Positions 46,790 to 54,603 of a stretch of 64,000 nucleotides of DNA are shown piece after piece (positions within the stretch are counted from its first letter, which is position 1; each line of letters begins with the position of its first letter). Under the pieces are notes generated by a model. It was not told where the DNA came from, made no database searches, and was given only the letters and a program-made list of their open reading frames with translations. The translations under genes were made by a program, and so were the position numbers. The DNA comes from an uncultured Candidatus Saccharibacteria bacterium. Its GTDB lineage: Bacteria; Patescibacteriota; CAZHWT01. The DNA lies in NCBI GenBank assembly GCA_964554805.1, contig CAZKPX010000002.1, positions 49,889 to 113,888 of the forward strand, given 5' to 3'.

Positions 46790-47323
46790 ATGCCACATAT
46801 ACATATTGAACCTGGTCAACATGATCATACGGTGAGCGCTTATATTGTTCGAGTTGATGGTGATGAACCTCGACTGCTTCTGCACCGGCATAAGAAGCTG
46901 GGGGTGTATATGCAGATTGGTGGGCATATTGAGCTGGATGAAACACCTTGGCAAGCTATCTCGCATGAACTGCGTGAGGAGACTGGCTATGAGTTGGATC
47001 AGCTGGAAATATTGCAGCCCAAAGAGCGACTGTTAAAACTGTCTGGTGTGGACTCTCATCCGTTGCCGTTTAATCACAATACTCATGCGGTGGGAGGTAG
47101 CGATCATTTTCACACTGATATCACTTATGCATTTGTGGCGACCGAAGATTCACGGATTGATCTGGAAGAGGGCGAGTCAAGCGATATTAAATTATTTACC
47201 AAGGCTGAGTTGCAGGCTCTTTCTGCAGAAGAAATTTATGAAAATGTTCGCGAGCTGGGCGTGTTTGTACTAGAGGTGATTTTGGATGCCTGGAATAGGA
47301 TTCCAGCCACCAATCTTCGGTAG
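46790..47323 (+). CDS. NUDIX hydrolase
   Basis: Canonical Nudix box GGHIELDETPWQAISHELREETGYE. Confidence 0.65.
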   Translation: MPHIHIEPGQHDHTVSAYIVRVDGDEPRLLLHRHKKLGVYMQIGGHIELDETPWQAISHELREETGYELDQLEILQPKERLLKLSGVDSHPLPFNHNTHAVGGSDHFHTDITYAFVATEDSRIDLEEGESSDIKLFTKAELQALSAEEIYENVRELGVFVLEVILDAWNRIPATNLR

Positions 47324-47530
47324 AAGAGTTTATTTAGGCAGGTACGTATTAATACTTAGCATTGCTGCTCGAAGGTAGTGTTGGTTTTGTCGGACTAATT
47401 TCTTCAAATGAGAAAAGGTGGAGCTGGCGAGGTGCTAGTCTGTGGCCCTCGGAATTGAAGCGTAGTGTCGTTGTTGCACGGCGCCATGTATGGGTATATT
47501 GTTATATTGAAATATACTTGAGTTCATTTT

Positions 47531-47710
47531 ATGTTTTCGCGCAAATTTCTTATTTACCTTGGTGTGATTGTTGGGTCGGGATTGGGTAGTCTGGTGCCAA
47601 AGTTGTGGGGGGCGGGGTTGTTATCCAGTTGGGGGATCCTGTTTAGTAGTGTCGGTGCTTTTGTGGGATTTTATGTGGGATATAAACTGGGAGAAATGAT
47701 AGAAGGTTAG
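47531..47710 (+). CDS. Small hydrophobic protein (59 aa, 2 TM), below the ORF-track size cut-off
   Basis: ATG 47531 ... TAG 47708-47710 encodes MFSRKFLIYLGVIVGSGLGSLVPKLWGAGLLSSWGILFSSVGAFVGFYVGYKLGEMIEG. Gly-zipper-like helices. Repeat copy D begins 4 nt after the stop. Confidence 0.35.
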   Translation: MFSRKFLIYLGVIVGSGLGSLVPKLWGAGLLSSWGILFSSVGAFVGFYVGYKLGEMIEG

Positions 47711-47713
47711 TCG

Positions 47714-47781
47714 TTAGTACTCTGCCCCACTTTGGCTTTTGTATATCTTAGACAAGAGGGTTAGCAGTCTATGGAAATTTT
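47714..47781 (+). repeat. Composite intergenic element, copy D (GTTAGTACTCTGCCCC...TATATCTTAGACAA...TTAGCAGTCTATGGAAATTTTG)
   Basis: Most diverged copy. Lies about 330 bp from the 3' end of the giant minus-strand gene. Confidence 0.5.
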
Positions 47782-48115
47782 GTAATTTCTACGACAGGCA
47801 AGCTAGGCGTGTTGGGATGCACGCCCGGGAGGGGTGGGAATTTTGATTGGCACGGAAAAAGGTGTGGACTTTGCTGAAAAGGTTAACTTTTTGCCGCTAG
47901 GCATGGCCACTTCTCCTGAATTGTGAAAGGGCTGACAATCTGACAATTTGCCGTTAGGCTGATGTATTATAGGTTATTCTGAAGTAACTTTCAGCAGAAA
48001 CTACAACGCTCTATAACATCTCACATTGCAGGTGGTACTATTCGTATATTTCAAATTTGAAATTTGGGGTACTGGAAGATTAGCTCGTAATTACGATAAT
48101 GAAAACCTATCAGTA

Positions 48116-51100
48116 TTAATGATCTATGTAGCGTCTGCTAAACTGCAAATCTACAGTTCTTTGGTATGAATCTGAGCTTTTTTGAGGACTATCCTTGGCT
48201 TGGACAGCCAGCGCCGTGAAATAACGCAAGAAATTAAGTTCGAAATCGTAGCTTCCAGATAGATGATGCATTGCTTCGTGGATATAAACTTCAAGTAGTT
48301 GCTTCGGATTATTAATCAGTGATTGATTTACTTCTATTTGTGCAGCATCATTTTCGATTCCGAGATAAAGACCTGCAAATGGGTTTAAACTACTGCCGAC
48401 AGAAATATCCTGTTCTGTCATTTGCAATAATTGGTCGATGCGCTGTTCAAGAACATGATTTTCTGCCTGCATATTTCTCGAACGGTACTCGCTATCTACC
48501 TCTGAATCTTCATATTGTTCTCTATGCCAAGCGCGACCAAGATATTCTCTTTTGTCTGGATCTAGGAGCATATCCTTAAAGTAGTCGACTATGACTTGAT
48601 TGACTTGACGCGCATACTGCCCTACTTGATGCTTTTCCTCAGCGGTTAAGTCAATTTGAATTCCTCTAAGTTCTTGGCAGAAATCTTGTGTGGTATAGAC
48701 AAACTTTGATAGCTCTCTAGTTAAATCCTCTGGTAGCCTGATGGCGTTGGACCGTTCGAGGTGGACTTTGAGAGACTCTTCCATCTGAGCATTTTCGGAG
48801 CTAAGACTGGCAATTGATAATATTGCGTTTCTGCCGAAGACTTCATAGTACATTTGTCTCCACATCTCTTTATTGTTCTCTATTCCGGTTAATGAATTTA
48901 CGTTTTCATCTAACAGTTCATATTCGAGGTACTCAACTTGAGGATTGAGTTTTGCCTGAGTGAGAATATGCTTAACTACGGTGCGATCTATTGTTTGAGT
49001 GAGATAGTCTGATGCGACCAGATAGAACTCTGCGGGGTCGATAGCATTTCGTTCACGAGTGTTTATTGTGGATTTTTGCAAGTTGTAGCCCAACATTAAC
49101 GGTGAGGATCTATGCAAACTATCTTTGCCATTAGGTACAAGAAGGTTTTTTTCGAATATTTGGCCCGGTCTATCTAATAGTACTGATACTGCTAAGCTAG
49201 AATGGATCTCTGTAGCTGGCGATATGATGTATTTATCAAGCCCTGCATACCCGGCAGCATCGGTAATCCTGGGGTCTAAAACATCTAGCCACTGCTTCCA
49301 GATTTGCAGTTTTTGAGATAATTGATGAGAATTGCTCTGCTCTGTGATGTTTGGTGACAAATATTGAAGCTGGCTTCGCTGTTCTGGATTTAAAGATTGA
49401 AGCTGTGTGTCGAATAATGAAAATGTTGTTTGAGAGCCAGTTCTTGGCTCATCTTGCCATTGCATATTGTAGCCTAGCATGTCAAACTCCTGCAGCTGTT
49501 GGGTTTCATGATTCATGGCTGATTGCTTGTGACTAGTTGGCTTGGCAGACCAATTACGGGAGCGTAGCTCTAGGTGTATGCCCTGCAGAGTAGCCGAAGC
49601 GGCGAGCATTTTTAAGCCTTCGCCGAATTTGCCTGCGTCGGCATCTGATTTAGTTGTTCTACCGAGATCCGTTAGATAGGGCGTGGTGTAGCCATCTCCC
49701 TGATCCAGTATTGATACACTTATGATGTTCCAGCTTTTGTCTAAGCTTGCAAGTTGTTGACTATCAACTTCCTGAATATGTCCTTCACCATTTGTAACTT
49801 TATATTGTATGGTTGGAAATTGGCCATGGTTGGCATCGATATGATTTTGGATGGCATCTAGCATGATTCTTCTTGGGTCTGCCCAGACCTTGCCCCCATA
49901 ATCCAGGGTGTTATTGGCTGCAATGTACTCTTCGCCTTGATTAATCTCGGTTAATTGATTTGAAAACGGTTCAGATTCATCGCTTAGCTTGAGAGCTTCG
50001 AGCCTTCCATTTAGCATTAGTAGTTCCCCGACAATCTCGAGGCCTACATCGTCATTTACTTGGCCTGAATCTATGACTGGATTACCGTTATGCACGGAGA
50101 CGGTATAGTCCTGATCTGCTAGTGGGGTAAACGAATTGCCCGAAGCCGTTCTGGTAATGGCTACTTTGTGTTGGGATTCAGAAGTGGTTATGGAGAAAAT
50201 AGACGTATGGTTGACTTGCACTGGCAGAGGAACAAAGTATAGAGGCAGACGAGCTTCATTGGGATCTATATATGGAATCGGCTCGCCTGGCGTGAGCAGT
50301 ATTGGTAGCGATTCTTGGTGGGTTGACGAGGCGTCTACAAATTCTAATTGTTGGTTTAACGACAGAAGTTTGCCGGCGAAGTAAAATGGCGCGGTGGGAA
50401 ACTGTTTTCCTATTGCTAAATCAAGTGCCTGTGGGTTGATATTGGCGAAAAATTGTCGTGCATGCATCAGTCTGTCGCTGAACAGTTTAATATTTTCGAT
50501 TGAATTTAGAGTTTTTGATGCTTGAACTAATTCGATAACCGTGACAACTAAATTGTCATGTTGCTCTAGTTCATTTTTATAGCCTATTTGAGGCGACTCA
50601 CCCGCTTCTCTTGAAGCAATTTGGTCTGACAGATTGATTTCTAGTAACTCTGGGTGACGCTCGATTAGTGCCCGTGCAACAAACGTTCCTAGCCTAAGCT
50701 GTAGCTTGTCAGAAAATGACACGTCCATAGATTCCACTTGATTGGCTAACAGAACCACGTCCATAGCTCTGGCATATGAGCTGGTAGGTTGACTATTGAC
50801 ATCAACCATAACTGCATGTTCGTTCATATTGTATGAAAATGGATAATCATCAACAAACATCTCGCTTTGGGTATTGTTAGGTGACTGCAAAAAAATAGCT
50901 TGATCGAGAACATCTGTCACGTCATATGATGTATATTTTTGAGCTATTAGTCGTATCTCAGTTTCTAGGTTTGGGTCAATTGGTTGATAGGTGCCAGTCT
51001 CTCCATTTAGTAATTCGAGAACTTGATCAATGTGGGCAGGTTCGTTGTATATAGACTTGAGTAGTTCTAGTAGGTTGTGTATGTTTGGCCGAATATCAAT

Positions 51101-52549
51101 TAGCTGATAGCCGCGCTGCTCCATTATTCGTCTTTCTTCGAATGTAGCACTGATAGGACAAAATAGTGTCTTGCCTGGAATGTAATTATAAGTGGAGGTA
51201 ATGGCTTGCTGCCACAAATCTTTTTGCGACTGACTGAAGTTTTGCCCATCCGGAAGATTGTTGGCTTCGATTGTGTATGATAGTGGGCTATCTGTATTGA
51301 AGGAGCTGACCAAAAGCTGTAGTGAGGCTAGGTCGTCAATGTGCTCGATAGCCTCATTGACTACTTGCTCTAAGGCAGAATATTGCACGGTGCTGCGATC
51401 GCGACCAGATATGGCCCATTTATTCTTGATGTTATAACTCCAAAGTTGATCGGTTCGGTTTTCTTCGACAAGCAGGCCTTTAACATAGACTCGTCCCGGT
51501 GGTATATTCTCTTCTATTAGGCGACAGCTGGTATCGAGCTTTTCTAATGATAATGAATGGTTGTACTCTAGTACGTACTTTCCTAGTCCTTGATCGTTTT
51601 GCCTGAGATCTAGAATTTGTCTGACATTATGCCATTCTTCCTCTGACATGGTAGCCGAGCTTAAGTCAACTAATGTTCGTGAGCCAAGCATCTTGGAATC
51701 TGTGCCATGCTTTGGTCTCCGAGTGGTGCTTTTGCCTTCTAAGGTTAATAAACCGTTATTTTGTTGTGGACCAAGCCACCAGGATTCGTCGGAGTTTTCG
51801 GATGCGATGCGGATATCGGCTCCGGTGCGATTGAGTTGAGCAACGCTCATTTTTAAACCTTCGCCCAATCCACCGCGTTTGCCAGGATCCTCTTTTTTAG
51901 TAGAGGCTCCAATCATGCTAAGTAATTTGTGATCGAAGCCTGCTCCTTGATCTGCTACTAAATAGCCAACAACTTGCCACTCCTCTGGCTCCAAAACAAC
52001 TCTGTCATACTCTACAAATTTTGATTGACTGCCATTGCGTAATTTTAGCTTTATCGAGGGGGGCTTATAGGCAGCATCAGCTAATTTGGCACGTAGATCC
52101 TCTATGTAGTCGCGATTACTGACTCTTTGCTGGTATATCTTGTCAGGCCAGTCTACGATGCGAGCTAGAGTGTCAAAAGTTCGAAGCTGTTCTTCTGGGT
52201 CTGAAGATAGTTGCAGTTTGGCAAGCTGTTCAAGGATGATGTCGTGCGCTGGATGGCTAGGGTCGAATTCAGTGGCGTCGATAAGCTCTAAGCGGGCCAT
52301 TCCATAGGAGGTGGTATTAGCATCGAGGTGATTCTGTAAGATATCTACGATAGACTGAGACGGTCGCCACGTTTTCTCTCCATAATTTAGATCAATGCCG
52401 GTGGAATGTTCAATAGAAGATATCGGTGAACGCGGTTGATAAATAGGTAAGCTAGAAGAGGTTTGTGGTGGTGTTCTATCCGAATCTTTTGGATGATTAT
52501 TTTCTGTTTGAGTTGAATCTGAGTAACCTGAAGAGTGTTCTGGTGCCAT
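48116..52549 (-). CDS. 1477-aa protein with two tandem GHKL (Bergerat-fold, Hsp90/MutL/MORC/sacsin-type) ATPase modules and a C-terminal HExxH motif; function unknown
   Basis: Each module has a motif I (N-box), a G1 box (motif II, DxGxG) and a G2 box (motif III, GxxGxG). Module 1: motif I VDILQNHLDAN (aa 66-78, nt 52322-52348), G1 DQGAG (aa 200-204), G2 GGLGEGLKM (aa 226-234, nt 51848-51874). Module 2: motif I DAIQNHIDAN (aa 898-907), G1 DQGDG (aa 949-953), G2 GKFGEGLKM (aa 973-981, nt 49607-49633; checked by back-translation). C-terminal HEAMHH at aa 1424-1429 (nt 48266-48280). Ser/Thr/Pro-rich disordered N-terminus. Uninterrupted 4.4-kb ORF. Confidence 0.6.
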   Translation of the reverse strand: MAPEHSSGYSDSTQTENNHPKDSDRTPPQTSSSLPIYQPRSPISSIEHSTGIDLNYGEKTWRPSQSIVDILQNHLDANTTSYGMARLELIDATEFDPSHPAHDIILEQLAKLQLSSDPEEQLRTFDTLARIVDWPDKIYQQRVSNRDYIEDLRAKLADAAYKPPSIKLKLRNGSQSKFVEYDRVVLEPEEWQVVGYLVADQGAGFDHKLLSMIGASTKKEDPGKRGGLGEGLKMSVAQLNRTGADIRIASENSDESWWLGPQQNNGLLTLEGKSTTRRPKHGTDSKMLGSRTLVDLSSATMSEEEWHNVRQILDLRQNDQGLGKYVLEYNHSLSLEKLDTSCRLIEENIPPGRVYVKGLLVEENRTDQLWSYNIKNKWAISGRDRSTVQYSALEQVVNEAIEHIDDLASLQLLVSSFNTDSPLSYTIEANNLPDGQNFSQSQKDLWQQAITSTYNYIPGKTLFCPISATFEERRIMEQRGYQLIDIRPNIHNLLELLKSIYNEPAHIDQVLELLNGETGTYQPIDPNLETEIRLIAQKYTSYDVTDVLDQAIFLQSPNNTQSEMFVDDYPFSYNMNEHAVMVDVNSQPTSSYARAMDVVLLANQVESMDVSFSDKLQLRLGTFVARALIERHPELLEINLSDQIASREAGESPQIGYKNELEQHDNLVVTVIELVQASKTLNSIENIKLFSDRLMHARQFFANINPQALDLAIGKQFPTAPFYFAGKLLSLNQQLEFVDASSTHQESLPILLTPGEPIPYIDPNEARLPLYFVPLPVQVNHTSIFSITTSESQHKVAITRTASGNSFTPLADQDYTVSVHNGNPVIDSGQVNDDVGLEIVGELLMLNGRLEALKLSDESEPFSNQLTEINQGEEYIAANNTLDYGGKVWADPRRIMLDAIQNHIDANHGQFPTIQYKVTNGEGHIQEVDSQQLASLDKSWNIISVSILDQGDGYTTPYLTDLGRTTKSDADAGKFGEGLKMLAASATLQGIHLELRSRNWSAKPTSHKQSAMNHETQQLQEFDMLGYNMQWQDEPRTGSQTTFSLFDTQLQSLNPEQRSQLQYLSPNITEQSNSHQLSQKLQIWKQWLDVLDPRITDAAGYAGLDKYIISPATEIHSSLAVSVLLDRPGQIFEKNLLVPNGKDSLHRSSPLMLGYNLQKSTINTRERNAIDPAEFYLVASDYLTQTIDRTVVKHILTQAKLNPQVEYLEYELLDENVNSLTGIENNKEMWRQMYYEVFGRNAILSIASLSSENAQMEESLKVHLERSNAIRLPEDLTRELSKFVYTTQDFCQELRGIQIDLTAEEKHQVGQYARQVNQVIVDYFKDMLLDPDKREYLGRAWHREQYEDSEVDSEYRSRNMQAENHVLEQRIDQLLQMTEQDISVGSSLNPFAGLYLGIENDAAQIEVNQSLINNPKQLLEVYIHEAMHHLSGSYDFELNFLRYFTALAVQAKDSPQKSSDSYQRTVDLQFSRRYIDH

Positions 52550-52685
52550 GGTAGCTTAAGTATAGTACGTATGATTTATGCCTGTCTATTGCCGAAGCTG
52601 TGTTGGCTGCATTTCTAAATTTAAGGCGTAGCAACGTCTAAGGTATGGCGGGCTGTCACAATTGACTATTCTAGCGTTTCTATGG

Positions 52686-52752
52686 TTTGCACTCTCCATA
52701 CTCTACGGGCTTCTTATCAGAGATACTACTATTGGCACTCTATGGAAAATTG
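52686..52752 (+). repeat. Composite intergenic element, copy E (TTTGCACTCTCCATAC...TTATCAGAGATAC...TTGGCACTCTATGGAAAATTGG), preceded by an extra partial half-site TAGCGTTTCTATGG (52669-52682)
   Basis: Sits in the divergent region between the giant gene start (52549, minus) and the NlpC/P60-like gene (52824, plus). Confidence 0.55.
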
Positions 52753-52823
52753 GCCGTACAATAGTATGTTGAATAGGGATGTGTTTATAGCAGGGTCGCA
52801 TCAAACTTATCTGCTATACTGAC

Positions 52824-53624
52824 ATGGATATGACACCTGAAATAAAACATGCAAACAATCTGGCCTGGAAGAGAGTGCATGATTATCAGCGACTGAAAAT
52901 TGGTGGCCAAGAAGTGGGCTGTCCGTATGCAATAAATTTGCTGTCCCGCAATGTAATCTCATTAATGACGCAGGCGGGTACTGAAGAATCGTTGATTTCC
53001 TCAGTTACTGAACTGTATAAGCAGCGGCAGGTTCCGTATGGTTGGTATCGGGGGAAAGGGACTCCGGAAGAAATTGTGGCGGCGGCGGAAGCGCTGGCTG
53101 AGGTTCATGGCTATAATCTGGCCAACTCGACGGCGGAGGGGATAGTGGAATTTATGAAGCTGTTTGGGTTGGGGGTTGATTGTTCCGGATTTGTCTATCA
53201 TGTTCTGGATTTCGCTTGGTCAGCGGTGGTGGGGCACGATCGGTTTGTGGCTGGTTTTGCCTGGCCCAGTGATAATCAGAAGGGTGTCAATTATGCTGGG
53301 ACTCAATTTTTAGCTGCTAATTCAAGCCTGGTTGAACCAAATGATGTGCAGCCACTTGATCTGGTTTGCATCCATCAAGACCAAGTTTATTCTCATATTG
53401 GGTTAATTTTAAAAGATGATCAGGGGTGGCAGATAGTTCAATCTAATATCAGCAATTTGCCGACTGGGCTGAATGTCTCAGGATTGCAGATTAAGGATGG
53501 TGCTGTAAATTTTGAGTACAAACCAGCTATTGGCAGGGCATGGAATGATTATAAAGATTCTACTATAGAGTTTAGAAGATTGAGTCTGGTCAATGAGCTC
53601 AAGCCTCAATCTGATGGCAAGTGA
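52824..53624 (+). CDS. NlpC/P60-family (papain-fold) cysteine peptidase/amidase-like protein, no signal peptide
   Basis: Catalytic Cys block GVDCSGFVYHVLDF and His block DLVCIH...YSHIGLIL match the NlpC/P60 motifs (DCSGFV ... DLVFF...H.GIY). The N-terminus is hydrophilic, so the protein is presumably cytoplasmic. Confidence 0.5.
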   Translation: MDMTPEIKHANNLAWKRVHDYQRLKIGGQEVGCPYAINLLSRNVISLMTQAGTEESLISSVTELYKQRQVPYGWYRGKGTPEEIVAAAEALAEVHGYNLANSTAEGIVEFMKLFGLGVDCSGFVYHVLDFAWSAVVGHDRFVAGFAWPSDNQKGVNYAGTQFLAANSSLVEPNDVQPLDLVCIHQDQVYSHIGLILKDDQGWQIVQSNISNLPTGLNVSGLQIKDGAVNFEYKPAIGRAWNDYKDSTIEFRRLSLVNELKPQSDGK

Positions 53625-53816
53625 TTGATAGTTGCAACTGAAAGGGGCGGATATGGATGAAGTTTTAGATAGACAAGGTTTTGATTTTAAAAGCAGTCAG
53701 ACTATGCAGGGCAAAGAACTTCATGATTTTTTGTTCCGGTTGTACGATTATGCGACAGCATTGCCGGCAAAATACAATCTGGCGATACAGATAGCGATAA
53801 CTAATTTTTAAGTCTG

Positions 53817-54065
53817 GTGATAATTGAGAAATTTTTTGACAGAATTGGCCGGGCTGAAATCAGTCGGGCGACCAGGGAGGCTGATGATGAGAATATTGAT
53901 GTCAGCAGGTCGTTGAATGAAGCTCATCGGCGGATTGATCTACTGCGCCATCGAACTTCTCTAATCTCTCAGCAAAATAATTTTGATGATAGTCTGGATT
54001 ATGTTGGCCGGCAATTGGCGGTTGAATGGCGTAGGAGGGATGCTAACCAGCAATCGTCAAATTGA
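53817..54065 (+). CDS. Hypothetical small protein (82 aa), preceded by another 52-aa ORF (53653..53811)
   Basis: Charged, Arg-rich; no motif recognised. Confidence 0.3.
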   Translation: MIIEKFFDRIGRAEISRATREADDENIDVSRSLNEAHRRIDLLRHRTSLISQQNNFDDSLDYVGRQLAVEWRRRDANQQSSN

Positions 54066-54123
54066 TATCTGTCTGGAGTCTGGATATTGGTGCTGGCTGT
54101 ATTGATGTGTATAATGCTTAACT

Positions 54124-54483
54124 ATGAGCGCACCATTGAGTCCATTTTATAGAGCGGGTGAGTTGGTTTTTATTTCTGGTCAGGTTGGATCGGATATTGA
54201 GACTAAGGTGATTCCTGAAGATTTTGAATCACAAGCGCTGAATGTGTTTCGCAATCTTGAACAAGTTTTGGCGTCGGCTGAAGTTGATAAGTCGCAGATT
54301 GTTAAAACGACTGTTTTTCTGACCGATATGTCTTTTTACAGTAAAATGAATGAGTTGTATGTTGAGTTTTTTGGTGATCATAAACCAGCCAGATCAGCTA
54401 TTGGCGTAGCAGCCTTACCGAAATTTCCTGGTGATCCGAGAGTTTTTATAGAGATAGAAGCTGTGGCGTATATTTCGAGTTAA
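54124..54483 (+). CDS. RidA/YjgF-family reactive-intermediate deaminase
   Basis: YRAGELVFISGQVG...PARSAIGVAALP...IEIEAVA are the Rid-family signature blocks. 119 aa. Confidence 0.8.
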   Translation: MSAPLSPFYRAGELVFISGQVGSDIETKVIPEDFESQALNVFRNLEQVLASAEVDKSQIVKTTVFLTDMSFYSKMNELYVEFFGDHKPARSAIGVAALPKFPGDPRVFIEIEAVAYISS

Positions 54484-54603
54484 ATCACTGACTGACAAAT
54501 CCATCTATAACCATAATACATTGTGCTCGTATTTGCTCTGCTGTGATACTATAGGCGTAGTTGTCTAGCAGTTTTTGCAGACGCGTTGGATAGGAGTGAG
54601 ACA

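Noticed and set aside
48266-48280. Calling the giant protein a metallopeptidase on the basis of HEAMHH alone
   Set aside because: HExxH occurs by chance in large proteins, and no third-ligand motif (distal Glu, or GxxH/D) could be aligned confidently. It is kept only as a feature to test.
40923-52752. Considered whether the repeated TTAGCACTCT...TATGGAAA elements form a CRISPR array
   Set aside because: The copies are 1.3-5 kb apart, irregularly spaced, each in a separate intergenic region, and internally composite. There are no short regular spacers and no cas genes.
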